Shown in pieces: positions 31,647 through 41,893 of a DNA stretch of 64,000 nucleotides. The position numbers and the translations under genes are program-made. Every line of letters begins with the position of its first letter. Position 1 is the first letter of the stretch. This stretch comes from a virus (Duplodnaviria; Caudoviricetes), in the IMG/VR virus record IMGVR_UViG_3300033233_001970, one strand, 5' to 3'. The notes beneath the pieces are model-generated. The model searched no databases. It saw only the letters and a program-made list of their open reading frames with translations, and was not told the DNA's origin.

Positions 31647-32337
31647 GGGTCACTCCAGCATTCGATTTGATCGAACTCGGTAGACGACGGCGATCGTGCT
31701 TTGCAGCAATTGCAATCGTTGTCCGGCATGATGCGACAATGGCAATTCGAGCATTGGACGAGCGGGACGGCGCGAATAGCAGCGAGTGCGCGTCTGCAAA
31801 GGGCGCGCGACGGGACGGGTCACCGCCGCCTCGGCCCGCGGAACCAATCGGTACACGCTTCGTCCCATGAATCCCTCCGGTTCCTCCGTCGTCCTACAAG
31901 GATTTCGCGCCGTACAGCTTCGAGTTCTCCGCGGGCGGGTTTCAGGGCGGGCTGATTTTCCACGGGAGCCACGACGGCGGCGGGAGCGGCGCGGCGCCGA
32001 GCTTCGCCGTGTGCCTGGAACCCGTGGACGGGTGGAGTTTGCATTCGTGAGGTATTCCACGAAGGAAAAACTGGCGGCGCTCCGGCAGGGGCGCGAATTG
32101 CACCACGCCGTCCGCCGCCTTGATCTTCCCCACGGTGAAGCCGCCCTGCGAGTAGCGCACGGCATCGACCCGGCCGCGCAGCTCCTCCACGGGAGTGGCG
32201 AGCGCATCCTTCTTCCCGCTCGTCGGAACGAGTGCGAGCGCGTTGTCATTCGCCATGACCGCCCGTCCTCTCTTGGCGCGCCGGACCGTCTTCCCGTGGC
32301 TCGTCGACGCGAAGCCGCACGCTCATTTTGGCTGCGT

Positions 32338-32667
32338 TCATGGGTAGGTCGCTCCTACGGGCCACTCGCGGCCGGCGTCGTCGGTCAGGAAGACGACGCC
32401 CGAGAGGCGCTCGCAGTCGGGCCCGAGGTTTCGCACCTCGGCCTTGATCTCGTGGCGCGCGGCGTTCACGTACAGGATCTGGTGTGTCGGCGCGGGTGAA
32501 AATCCCGTGGTGTCCTTTTGGCGATCGTCCAGCACCATGCGGATCGATTGCTCGCCGATCAGGATAGCGGGAAGTCCCGCGTTGACGCTGAACGTCGCGC
32601 GCTTGAATTTGCCCGAACGCGTCGGCCTAAAAACGAGCGTGACCACATCGCCGCGCTTGATGTTCAT
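32338..32667 (-). CDS. hypothetical protein
   Basis: GAGG RBS, ATGA coupling. Confidence 0.55.
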   Translation of the reverse strand: MNIKRGDVVTLVFRPTRSGKFKRATFSVNAGLPAILIGEQSIRMVLDDRQKDTTGFSPAPTHQILYVNAARHEIKAEVRNLGPDCERLSGVVFLTDDAGREWPVGATYP

Positions 32668-34298
32668 GTTTGCACCTCAGGCCGGTACTCCGCGCCGGTT
32701 TTCCCGAACGTCGACGCGACGGCGTTCTGGCAGGTGAGCGCCTGCGGATCGCCGAGTGTGCCTTCGTTGTCGAGGAGCGGCCTCAGTTCCGGGTGCACGC
32801 GCAGGTGGTAGAGTTTTCGATGCGTTGTGTCCGGCTCCGGCGTCGAGTTCGTCAGCTCGACGACGAGGATCGGCGCCGAATCCTTGCGCGGCACGCGGAG
32901 CAGACGGCGAGGATGCCCGAGCGGATCGGTGTCCTCGTGCACGACTTCGGCGCCCCGGTCCGTGACGTAGCGTCCGACGCCATAGCGCTGGAGCATGATG
33001 CGGCGAACCTCTACGTTCATCTCAGAGTCGATGCGCTCGACGGTCAACCGTTCGGGATGCTCGATGATCTCGGCTGGTACACGTACGCCGTTGACGGCGA
33101 AGAGCGCCCATCCGTCGCGCCAGGCGAGGTGCGGGCCGTCGCCCGCGTGTGGGCGATTCCGATCGTCCTTGCGACAGACGGTCGGGAAGTCACTCACGAT
33201 CCAGAATCTCCGATGCTGGAACCGAGGTCCCCCGTGGATCGTCGCAGCCTCGTAATGCGCAAACAGCTCGTATTGCGGCAGATCAAGCTTCGCGACGTGT
33301 CGAAAAAACGAGAGGTAAGCGGTCCACGAGCTCCACATGTTGCCGCCGACCCCATACGATCCCCAATAGCTCGCGCACCGCACCAAATACCTCACTAGGG
33401 TCGGGGTCGCCGCGTAGGTCGCCGCGTCGATCGCCGCGTCGGTCGCCGCGTAGGTCGCCGCGTCGGTCGCCGCGTCGGTCGCCGCGTAGGTCGCCGCGTA
33501 GGTCGCCGCGTCGGTCGCCGCGTAGGTCGCCGCTCGGGTCGCCGCGTCGGTCGCCGCGTAGGTCGCCGCGGAGGTCGCCACTCGGGTCGCCGCGTCGGTC
33601 GCCGCGGAGGTTCCCGCGTAGGTCGCCGCTCGGGTCGCCGCGTCGGTCGCCGCGTCGGTCGCCGCGAAGGTCGCCGCGGAGGTCGCCGCTCGGGTCGCCG
33701 CGGAGGTCGCCGCTCGGGTCGCCGCGGAGGTCGCCGCTCGGGTCGCCGCGGAGGTCGCCACTCGGGTCGCCGCGTCGGTCGCCTCGTAGGTCGCCGCGTA
33801 GGTCGCCGCGTAGGTCGCCGCTCGGATCGCCGCGTAGGTCGCCGCTCGGGTCGCCGCGTCGGTCGCCGCGGAGGTCGCCGCGTCGGTCGCCGCGAAGGTC
33901 GCCGCTCCCAGTCGGGCAGTCGGCGGGGCCTCCACCCGTACCGCCGCCATCCCGTGCGACACGAGGAATGCGCACGCGGGGCCGATCGCGCGGAGCCAAT
34001 CGATCTCACGAGGAGCAAACCCGCACACGGCCAACGCTTCGCGAGGATGCTCCCGCAAATACCAGATTCCAGACGCCACGCTGGCAGCAATGGCACCCGT
34101 GAGCGGTGAGTCGACGAAGATCTCGCGCTCAGCCGGCTCTATCTTCGCCGCACGGTACAGACCGCGCATCGCCACCCGCATGGCCTCGCGATCCGCGCCG
34201 GCCATCGGCGAGGTACGCATCGCGTTGGCGATCCACTTGTCGGCCCAAGGCTTGAGTTGGGCCCGGTGCTCCTTCGTCAGGGTGTTAGTCCGAGACAT
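32664..34298 (-). CDS. DUF6745-like phage protein with internal AATx tetrapeptide repeats
   Basis: C-terminal RPHAGDGPHLAWRDGWALFAVNGVRVP...NVEVRRIMLQRYG...NSTPEPD...YHLRVHP...AVASTFG. Confidence 0.8.
   Translation of the reverse strand: MSRTNTLTKEHRAQLKPWADKWIANAMRTSPMAGADREAMRVAMRGLYRAAKIEPAEREIFVDSPLTGAIAASVASGIWYLREHPREALAVCGFAPREIDWLRAIGPACAFLVSHGMAAVRVEAPPTARLGAATFAATDAATSAATDAATRAATYAAIRAATYAATYAATYEATDAATRVATSAATRAATSAATRAATSAATRAATSAATFAATDAATDAATRAATYAGTSAATDAATRVATSAATYAATDAATRAATYAATDAATYAATYAATDAATDAATYAATDAAIDAATYAATPTLVRYLVRCASYWGSYGVGGNMWSSWTAYLSFFRHVAKLDLPQYELFAHYEAATIHGGPRFQHRRFWIVSDFPTVCRKDDRNRPHAGDGPHLAWRDGWALFAVNGVRVPAEIIEHPERLTVERIDSEMNVEVRRIMLQRYGVGRYVTDRGAEVVHEDTDPLGHPRRLLRVPRKDSAPILVVELTNSTPEPDTTHRKLYHLRVHPELRPLLDNEGTLGDPQALTCQNAVASTFGKTGAEYRPEVQT
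33405..33906. repeat. 12-bp coding tandem repeat, ~42 units (GGTCGCCGCGTC/GTA/GGA/GAA/TCG variants)
   Basis: Seen directly; encodes AAT[D/Y/S/F/R]. Confidence 0.95.
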
Positions 34299-34629
34299 TT
34301 CGGACCTCCTGCTCGCTGTACTCGCGCTGGATCGACACGCGGTACGTGCCGGGCGGCAGCGCGATCGGCGCGTGCTCCTCGTGCTCCAGCAGTGCGCCCT
34401 CGTCGGTCACTCGAAGCACCGTGTACGCGCTCACGCCCTCGGCGCGGAGGTGACAGACGTTCGGGGAGCGAATCTGATGCGAATGACCAGTTACCTCCCC
34501 GTACGCGAGCACAACAGCGCCATTGTCGCGCGGTATCTCTTTGCTCGCGTCGAGGGTGTCGGTAGTCGCTTCGACGAAGACGTCGCCCTGTCGAATCATG
34601 AACGGCAGTGCCTTGATCTTCTTCTTCAC
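34285..34629 (-). CDS. small His-rich partner protein typically upstream of DUF6745 genes
   Basis: RQGDV...LAYGEVTGHSH...HEEHAPIALPPGTYRVSIQREY. Confidence 0.75.
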   Translation of the reverse strand: MKKKIKALPFMIRQGDVFVEATTDTLDASKEIPRDNGAVVLAYGEVTGHSHQIRSPNVCHLRAEGVSAYTVLRVTDEGALLEHEEHAPIALPPGTYRVSIQREYSEQEVRNVSD

Positions 34630-34994
34630 GGTGTCCTCCTGAATCGATTTTCAACTCCCACACGTACACGGATTTCGGATCCGGTACGTAGAGCAGATCG
34701 CCGGCACGTCGCTTCTCGACGAGGCGAGCGTGCTCCTTTTCGGACTCGGACGCCACGATCGAGAGTATGTCGGTGCGGTTCATTTTTCGGCCTCGCGATT
34801 TTCGACGGCGAGTGTCGGGTCGCAGATTTTGTAGATCGCGACTTCGGCGAGACCAATGCACGCGCGGGCCTTGTCTAGCTCTTTCAGTGCGCGCTCGACT
34901 TCGCCCGCTTCGAGCGCGTGAAGAACGCTCTCGATCCAGTTTTCGACCTCGCGAGCGGCGTCGCGCGCTTTCTTGGCGCTGGCTTCGTCGATGA

Positions 34995-35276
34995 TCATTT
35001 TGATTTCTCCAGTTGGATCGGAAATTCGACGAGGTGTTCACTCGCTTGCGCTTCGAGTTTCGGAATCACTTCCTTGGTCGCGTCCTCGGCGAGCTTTCGC
35101 AACTGGACGGCCGCGTCATCTTTGCCCTGACGAAAGAGATCGACCGCTTTTTCTCGCAACCACGCGACGACTGCGAGGGCGCCGGGTCGGTGACCGTCGA
35201 GCCATTTCTGAGTCGATAGGTTGTCGTACGAGTAACGATTCCCGTCTTTGTCTTTCAGGATTGTGTCGCGGCTCAT
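34995..35276 (-). CDS. hypothetical protein
   Basis: GGAG RBS, ATGA coupling. Confidence 0.55.
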   Translation of the reverse strand: MSRDTILKDKDGNRYSYDNLSTQKWLDGHRPGALAVVAWLREKAVDLFRQGKDDAAVQLRKLAEDATKEVIPKLEAQASEHLVEFPIQLEKSK

Positions 35277-35454
35277 AACGACTCCGACTCCGTTGCGGCG
35301 GCAATGAATGCCAACGCTGCATTTTCCGCTTCGCTGACAGAGCTATGCGATAACGGAAATTCCGCAATCACCTTGTCTTGATCGCCGTTATCATCCACGG
35401 TGAAAACGATCACGCGCGGAATTTCAGCACTGACGGCGGTGTGGAAATCCAGAT

Positions 35455-36078
35455 TCATTTCCCGAACTCCCTCGCGAGCACGCTGTACGCCGCGTTGACT
35501 TTCTTGAGCGCCTCGGTCGCCCCTTCGAGCGTCATGCCCGTCACGCCGATACGATCGGGATGGCACGCCACCGCTTTCGCGCGGTACGCTTTTGTGATCT
35601 CGGCCCACGTTGCGCTTTTGCCGATGCCGAGAATTTGTCGAGGCGTTTTGTTGCCGCCGTGGAGAATTTCCTGAGCTTCTTCGAAGCCCATGCGCGCATG
35701 GAAAGCGCCGGTCCAATCCTCGGCGCTGCCGTAGCCCTCGACTTCGGGATCGTAGCGCTTGCGCGCGGCGTCGATGTCCGCGAATGTCCGCTTCTTTTTC
35801 GTGGTTGCTTTCATCGTTACTCCGGGGACCAACTCGCCGAGCGTGGCATCGATCGCCTTGTGGCGTTGCTCGTCCGTGAGCGTAATGCATAGCTCGCGCG
35901 TGATCGCGCGAACGATACGCACGGCATTGTCGATCTCTTGCCAAGTGAAACCGCAACCGCCGCAGCCCGTCACGTCAGACTCGAAGCGTTCGGTGCCGCA
36001 GTTGGCGCACCGCTCCGGTTCGGGCGGTGGCCCTTCACTCCACGGCGGATCGCGATCGTAGGGGCCTTGTGTGTTCAT
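35455..36078 (-). CDS. J-domain (DnaJ-like) protein
   Basis: PRQILGIGKSATWAEITKAYRAKAVACHPDR...LKKVNAAYSVL; an internal start at MKATTKKK is also possible. Confidence 0.8.
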   Translation of the reverse strand: MNTQGPYDRDPPWSEGPPPEPERCANCGTERFESDVTGCGGCGFTWQEIDNAVRIVRAITRELCITLTDEQRHKAIDATLGELVPGVTMKATTKKKRTFADIDAARKRYDPEVEGYGSAEDWTGAFHARMGFEEAQEILHGGNKTPRQILGIGKSATWAEITKAYRAKAVACHPDRIGVTGMTLEGATEALKKVNAAYSVLAREFGK

Positions 36079-36410
36079 CTGCCCGTGCCGACCTTTTCGT
36101 ACGATTCGATCTTGGGCTCGACGTCGAGCGCTTCGCACGCGGCCAAATAGGCGTCGGCGAGGTCGCACCATTCTTCGTCGCCAGCGGGGGCAAGTTCGCC
36201 GTCTTCGAACTCGACGAGTCCGCCTGTAGCGTTGATCGTATCGACGAGAGCGAGTAGAGCTTTTTCCGCCTTCGTTTCCGTTTCGAACTCGGTAGCCGCG
36301 ACGCGCAAATCTTCGATGACGTGTTCGAACTCGGCAGCATTGAGGTCGCCATGAGTTTCGAGCGCGGCGGCGCCGCGAATGAGCAGATCGTGAAGACCCT
36401 TGCGTTTCAT
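36075..36410 (-). CDS. hypothetical protein
   Basis: ATGA coupling on both sides. Confidence 0.6.
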   Translation of the reverse strand: MKRKGLHDLLIRGAAALETHGDLNAAEFEHVIEDLRVAATEFETETKAEKALLALVDTINATGGLVEFEDGELAPAGDEEWCDLADAYLAACEALDVEPKIESYEKVGTGR

Positions 36411-36943
36411 TTTTTCGACTCCGATTCGTTCGAGACGGCGGGTAAACGTGCGCCTTGCTCACGTTGCGAGCATTGCAGCTTGTGATCGTTGACGATGCCG
36501 CATTCACGGCACACTGACGCCGCGTTCTTAACGCCGTCGTCTGTAAGATCACGAAACAATCGACGATCTTCGATCTCGAAAGATTCGTCGGTTGACTCTT
36601 CGTAGAGCGCGAGCGCGTCGCCGTACCGGCCGGCTTTGATGTGATTGACGATTTGGGTCCGAACGTCCTCGTTCTCTTCGAACGTCGAATGAATCTCTTC
36701 GTTGAGAGTGTCTAGTACCGTCATGCACGCGCCGCGATAGGCGTTCTCCGCCGTGTCGTAGACGCCGCAGTCGGTACCGAATCGGTGATGGTAGAGACAG
36801 ACGAAGACGTGTGACGGCGCGACCTGCGCTCTGAGAGATTTGATACAGTCGTCCGCGTAGTGACCTCGGACGTGGCCGATTTGATCCCCGCAGCGCGGAC
36901 AGCGCCCGTCAGAATCCGCCCACTGTTCGTGATCTTCGCTCAT
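36407..36943 (-). CDS. hypothetical protein with Cys/His motifs
   Basis: CPRCG, CRECG motifs; ATGA coupling. Confidence 0.6.
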   Translation of the reverse strand: MSEDHEQWADSDGRCPRCGDQIGHVRGHYADDCIKSLRAQVAPSHVFVCLYHHRFGTDCGVYDTAENAYRGACMTVLDTLNEEIHSTFEENEDVRTQIVNHIKAGRYGDALALYEESTDESFEIEDRRLFRDLTDDGVKNAASVCRECGIVNDHKLQCSQREQGARLPAVSNESESKK

Positions 36944-37238
36944 GGTTTCTGTACTTTTTCGAGCTTCGCCTCCAAGGCGTCGCAATCTTTGATTTCTTCC
37001 GCTTTCTCGTCGTCGTCTGATCCTGGCTCCATGACGAACCCGTCCCTTCGGTAGTGGTCGTCTGAAAGTTGCCAGTAACGATGCGAGTCGAGCGCGTCGG
37101 TGAGGAGAACGATTTCGGCCTCGGTGAGCTCGACGATGAATTTCTTCGGTGCTGATTTTTTCGCCTTCTTCTTCGGCGATTTTGACGCCAAACATGTCGG
37201 CTTCGGCAAAGGTGACGCAGCGGGTTTTCGTTTCAGGC

Positions 37239-37481
37239 TCATTTCGCCAGTACCTCGTACGGTTTGTTTCCGCCAGGCAGACCGAGCGCCGTCAAATGTT
37301 TGCACTTGCGGTGTTTGATCCACCCGAAGCACGAGCAGCCCCACCACCGACCACTCTTGCTTTGCGCGATGGTGTAAACGCGGTCGCTCGACTCGGAGCG
37401 AATCTCGAATCGGTTCGTGAACGTCGCGTTGTCGGGAAGCAGCGCATCGACTTGGCGGCGGATTTTCGCGAGAGTGGTCAT
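37239..37481 (-). CDS. SWIM zinc-finger-like protein
   Basis: YTIAQ...WGCSCFGWIKHRKCKHL. Confidence 0.75.
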   Translation of the reverse strand: MTTLAKIRRQVDALLPDNATFTNRFEIRSESSDRVYTIAQSKSGRWWGCSCFGWIKHRKCKHLTALGLPGGNKPYEVLAK

Positions 37482-37981
37482 TTTGATTCTCCGTTTTTGC
37501 GAAGCTGATCGATCTCCGAGCAGAGCCCCGCGATGGCGTCGGCGATTTGACGCGAATTCTTTGGACTAACCTGTACGTCGGTAGGCCAAGGGATATGCAT
37601 CGGCGCGCCGCAGCGAGAACATTTTTGATTTCGATCCGTTCCGCAGACTTCGCGCGTACGGTCAACGATGTCTGCGCTCTCTCGGAGGTTCGATTCGAAT
37701 TCTCGAGCCCGCGCGATCATGGCGAGCTTGTCGCTCTCCATTTGCTTCTCGAACTCTTCGGCTGTCGCTGTGTTGAGATAGCGTTTGATGTGGTGAACCG
37801 ACGAGGCTGATACAGCTTCGCTGTGTCCAACAGCATGAACCCGAGGATTGGTCTTTCGGCAGCCGCAGAGAACCTTGTCATCGTGTTTCGGCGAGTCGAT
37901 CACGCGCTCGGTGTACGGGCATTTGTGAAAGTCGCAGAGCGCGGAGGCGAGCGCGAGCCGAGCGGTTCGATCGAAGCTCAT
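37478..37981 (-). CDS. hypothetical protein
   Basis: ATGA coupling; Cys motifs. Confidence 0.55.
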   Translation of the reverse strand: MSFDRTARLALASALCDFHKCPYTERVIDSPKHDDKVLCGCRKTNPRVHAVGHSEAVSASSVHHIKRYLNTATAEEFEKQMESDKLAMIARAREFESNLRESADIVDRTREVCGTDRNQKCSRCGAPMHIPWPTDVQVSPKNSRQIADAIAGLCSEIDQLRKNGESK

Positions 37982-38146
37982 TTTTTTTCTTTCTCTAGCT
38001 CGCGGCGCCAGTCGCCATCGCTCGATTTTAGTTTTCGAATTTCAGAAGCGAAATAGCTTGCGTCCAGACCGATGCCTTTTTCGCGTCGTAATTCCTCGAC
38101 GCGGAGCGCGGCGGCTTCGAACGCAGCGTCAGCGCTCGCTGCTTTC

Positions 38147-38407
38147 TTATCCATTTTTCGCCGCCTTTCGCCGTTCTGCTTTTTTCGCCGCCTTCGCGAG
38201 CCTCTTCTGTCGAAGCTCGAACGCGACGCATGCCTTGACCACGAGGTCGGCCACGGCGTCGAGCGTGAGGCTGTAGGTGCGCCTACGGCGCAGCGGACGC
38301 ACCTCGAACATGGGTAGGGCGTCTCGGCTGATCGTGACGGTGCCCGCCTGCACGCGGCTAGCGTCGTCAAGGCGTCCGGTGACGCGGAAACGCGCGACTC
38401 GGCTCAT
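38147..38407 (-). CDS. hypothetical protein
   Basis: First gene after promoter 38440-38468; leader AAGGGGAACGAACC. Confidence 0.65.
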   Translation of the reverse strand: MSRVARFRVTGRLDDASRVQAGTVTISRDALPMFEVRPLRRRRTYSLTLDAVADLVVKACVAFELRQKRLAKAAKKAERRKAAKNG

Positions 38408-38439
38408 GGTTCGTTCCCCTTACTGAGCGTGACCCCCTA

Positions 38440-38468
38440 ATGGTACACACTACGAGGTCGGCTGTCAA
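38440..38468 (-). promoter_or_regulatory. sigma70-type promoter TTGACA-N17-TACCAT
   Basis: Perfect -35, near-consensus -10. Confidence 0.75.
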
Positions 38469-38472
38469 GTCC

Positions 38473-38769
38473 CTAGTAGTAGTTGTCCGGTTCGTCCGGT
38501 TCGTCGGGCTCTGAATCTTGTGCGGCGAGCCGCAGCTTATCCTCGGCATCTTTGGTCTCCGTGTCCGAAAGTTCGCCGTCCCACGGGCTTCCCGTGTTCG
38601 TGACGACCTCGACGATTTCGGGTTCGCCGCCTTCGTCGGGCGAACAGTTCTCGGGAAGTCGGTTCGTGATTGCGCGTCGGTACGCGCTGACGTTGCCGCG
38701 CACGAGCAACTCGATTTCGTCGGAGTCGCGCTCGATGTAAAACGGTACTTCGAACTGGAATTTGATCAT
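38473..38769 (-). CDS. hypothetical acidic protein
   Basis: ATGA coupling; PENCSPDEGGEPEI. Confidence 0.6.
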   Translation of the reverse strand: MIKFQFEVPFYIERDSDEIELLVRGNVSAYRRAITNRLPENCSPDEGGEPEIVEVVTNTGSPWDGELSDTETKDAEDKLRLAAQDSEPDEPDEPDNYY

Positions 38770-39028
38770 GGCACGTACACCACCTCTGTTCCACGCTCCT
38801 CCGCGAGCTGATTCTCGACACGGAGAAAGGCTTGTGACTCCGCGATGAGCGCCATGCGTTTGCAGCCGGGTTCGTGCGCTCCTTCGCTTTCGAGCGCATG
38901 GCACTCGGGGCAACAGGCGACATACTCTGGGTGACAATGGCAGCCTTGTCGGGCCTGCCCTAGCCACTCACCGTCGATTGCAAGCTGCAACAGATCGGCG
39001 ACGATGTGGCTGATTCCTTTCACGGGCG

Positions 39029-39850
39029 TCACTCATAATCGCGCACCGCAATGAATCTCGGCGCGCGCGGCTTTCCTGTAGTCGAAAGCGCGTCGTATCG
39101 AATCGTGACGCGCGCACCGACCTTCGGAGGATTCTTGCACTCGTCTACGTCGAGCCCGCTCCCTACGTTGAACTCGACGCCGTTAGGGAACTTGCAGACT
39201 AGCGCGCCGATGACGCCCGCGCGCGATCCTTTGCCTTGCGTGTAGCCGGTCACGACGGCCTCGGCGTCGTGCGTAACTTTGACCTTGAGAAGCGTCATCG
39301 AACGCGCGCAGGCGTAGAGCGATCGGGCGCGTCGAAGCATGATCCCTTCGCCGTCCGCGTCGCGAACCTTTTCGAACGTTTCCTCGAAATGTGCTCGCGA
39401 ACGGCAAAGCGTCTGCTCGACCATGCGAACATGCACCGCGCCGACGTAGCTCACGAGCCGCGCGAGATTCGAGAGGCGTGCCTCGAAAGGAATCTTCCCG
39501 ATCGCGCCGTGCGAAAAATTCGTCACGTCTGGCGCGTCGAACGCCATGTAGCGAATGCTCGACCATTCACGCGAGCTTGCTCGGTCGGATTTCACGATTC
39601 CGACGATGCGCTGAAATTCTTTGTAGCCACGATCGGGGCCGCAAAGCTCACCGTCGAGAACTTCGCCGCGAGGAAAGCGATTGACGAACTCGGCGGGCGC
39701 CGCGATGACGTGCCAATGTTCGCGCGTGCGCAGATGGGAGCCGTCCCAAATGGCGCGTACACCGTCGAGTTTTTCGCTCATGTAGTGACCCGTTGGGTCG
39801 ATCGTCGTGTTGTACGTCTCGGCGAGGAGGACGCGATCTTTGGAGGACAT
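39029..39850 (-). CDS. ATP-dependent DNA ligase (minimal adenylation + OB domain)
   Basis: SEKLDGVRA (motif I), LDGEL, AFD, EGIMLR, LLKVK, FNVGSG, KPRAPRF. Confidence 0.93.
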   Translation of the reverse strand: MSSKDRVLLAETYNTTIDPTGHYMSEKLDGVRAIWDGSHLRTREHWHVIAAPAEFVNRFPRGEVLDGELCGPDRGYKEFQRIVGIVKSDRASSREWSSIRYMAFDAPDVTNFSHGAIGKIPFEARLSNLARLVSYVGAVHVRMVEQTLCRSRAHFEETFEKVRDADGEGIMLRRARSLYACARSMTLLKVKVTHDAEAVVTGYTQGKGSRAGVIGALVCKFPNGVEFNVGSGLDVDECKNPPKVGARVTIRYDALSTTGKPRAPRFIAVRDYE

Positions 39851-39852
39851 TT

Positions 39853-40347
39853 CTATTTCCTCCCCCTTGCCGTTTTCTTCGCTTTCGGCGTTTTCTTCGC
39901 GACGTCTTCGACGTCTCCGACATTGAAATCGTACGTCTCGCCCAAAAGACGCGAAAGTTTCTCGCAGACTTCTTTCGGGTCGCCGCCTAGCTCTTTAACG
40001 GGCCATCCGTGAAAGAGATCGCGAATCATCGCTCGCGCGTGCCTCAGTACCTCGGCGTCGTCGTGCATGAAGCGAGCACGAATCGGTGACTCCGCGAAAA
40101 TCTTGCTGTCGCCGATGTCGGCGGCAAAATCGCGCTCGCACTTGTCGCAGTAGAAAATTGCGCGACCGTGGATGTCGCGATCCGCTTCCTGACCGTCCCA
40201 ATTCACCCTTGTTTCGCCGGAATATTCGAGCGTCTTTTTGCCTTTGTCGTCGCACTTCTCTAGGAACGCGAGGCAACCGGGAATCGTTTCACTCGTCGCG
40301 ATCGGCAGTTCACCGCACGTCGGGCATTTTACGAGTGGAAAACTCAT
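39853..40347 (-). CDS. Zn-ribbon hypothetical protein
   Basis: CPTCG...CDKCE. Confidence 0.55.
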   Translation of the reverse strand: MSFPLVKCPTCGELPIATSETIPGCLAFLEKCDDKGKKTLEYSGETRVNWDGQEADRDIHGRAIFYCDKCERDFAADIGDSKIFAESPIRARFMHDDAEVLRHARAMIRDLFHGWPVKELGGDPKEVCEKLSRLLGETYDFNVGDVEDVAKKTPKAKKTARGRK

Positions 40348-40890
40348 GGGCTCACCTTTGGAGCGAAACGTGTTTCCGTTTCCGTAACGGCTTCGGTCAA
40401 CGTGCGAACGGCGCAGAGCGAGCGACCGCACATCACGCACCGACCACCATCGATGCACATTTTTGTGTGACGCGCGCCGCACGCAGGACAATGCTTTCCG
40501 AGCCAACTGAAGAGCGCTTTTGCGACGCTGCGCGCCTCTCCCCAAGATGTGATTTTCATGGTGCCCTCTGGTAATCGGTCACGATGAACGCGGCGAGGTC
40601 GCGCACGATGCCGCGCAGATCGCGAATGTTTTCTCGTAGCTCGCGATCGGTGTAACCGGCGAATTTCCGCAGATCGTTGGTTGAGCCGTGCAGCGTAGGC
40701 GCGAATACTTTTTCTCCGCGCAGCATACGGTACTGTTTTTCGAGATCGCGCTTGAGCCCCTCTAGGGCATCCTCGGCGATTTCTTGCTTCGGGTACCGTT
40801 GTCCTGCGAAGTAGAATGAGCCTACGGCGTAGACGGGATCGCCACTGGACGAATGCCAGTGTTGCATACGCTCGCCGAGATCGACGCGAT

Positions 40891-41316
40891 TCACGACGCC
40901 ACCTTGACGGGCTCGTCGCCGATTTCGTAGTCGTCGAGCATTTTGGCGAAGCCAGACGCCGCCTCGCTTACGTGCTCTTGACGTCCGTAGTTTGTCCACT
41001 CTTCGACCGTGTAGCGCGACGGTTTCCTACGGAGCGAGGCAAACTCACAGAACGATTGTACGTGACCGGCGAGATTCGGAAACTCGCACGACCAGTGCAT
41101 CAGATCGAATCGGCCTTCGTACGTTTCGCCGTCAGCGAACGTGATTTTGAAATCGCATTTGTCGTAGCCGCCGTTTTTCGGCGCGGTATGCGACCAACGC
41201 ATCAGTGTTTCGTTGGCCCGTTGCCAAACGCGCTCACCCTCGATTGCGGGAGCAGGGCCGCATTCATCGGCGAAGCCCTCGGCGCGGTACAATTCAATTT
41301 TGATGGCTCGGATCAT
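40891..41316 (-). CDS. conserved phage/plasmid hypothetical protein
   Basis: APKNGGYDKCDFKITFADGETYEGRFDL motif; GAGG RBS. Confidence 0.7.
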   Translation of the reverse strand: MIRAIKIELYRAEGFADECGPAPAIEGERVWQRANETLMRWSHTAPKNGGYDKCDFKITFADGETYEGRFDLMHWSCEFPNLAGHVQSFCEFASLRRKPSRYTVEEWTNYGRQEHVSEAASGFAKMLDDYEIGDEPVKVAS

Positions 41317-41326
41317 TTTCGCCTCT

Positions 41327-41800
41327 TTAGTTACTGCACGACACGATCGGGTTGTCTCTGTTGATTCCTGCATCGACGCACCCGACGACTCCCGTACACG
41401 TGGACGTGTAGTGCGCCATGATGCACGCACAGTTGTACGAACCTGCGCACTGACATTGGATCGGTGTCGGAACATTTCCGTCCGCTCCGGCCGATGGGGT
41501 CACGTAACAGAAACGTGTGGGCGCGCTGACGACCATGCCGTTGCAGCTCCACGCGCGCGGAGGAATCGGCATGCACATCGAAGAATCGCTGACGTTCGCG
41601 GTGTCGGACGTCACGTCCGTTGTTTGCGCGTCGAGCGCGGTACCGACCTCGCCGCCGTGTGCGTCGGCGGATCCATCGGCCGAGGTCGAACCGTCGCCGC
41701 CGCTTGCCGCGCCATCGCCCGCGCCCGCGTCTGAATCGATGATCGGAGAAGCGTCGCCGCAGGCGGCGAGAGCGGAAAAGAAGAAGGCTCGTATTTTCAT
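41327..41800 (-). CDS. Cys-rich lipoprotein of myxobacterial type
   Basis: Lipobox LAAC, DAG/DG-rich linker, Cys-rich C-terminus. Confidence 0.7.
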   Translation of the reverse strand: MKIRAFFFSALAACGDASPIIDSDAGAGDGAASGGDGSTSADGSADAHGGEVGTALDAQTTDVTSDTANVSDSSMCMPIPPRAWSCNGMVVSAPTRFCYVTPSAGADGNVPTPIQCQCAGSYNCACIMAHYTSTCTGVVGCVDAGINRDNPIVSCSN

Positions 41801-41893
41801 TTGCGCGCCGCGCGTTCCGAACGACGATCAGGTTTGGGGTTCGTGATCGTCTTGCTCAATACGAAGATTCCTTCTTTCATGTGAATGATCCTT

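Noticed and set aside
33149-34102. SPRR-, RGD- and RRPT-repeat ORFs in other frames; repeat as a non-coding guide array
   Set aside because: They are shadow frames of the 12-bp repeat. The AATx frame is embedded in a recognisable protein with conserved flanking domains.
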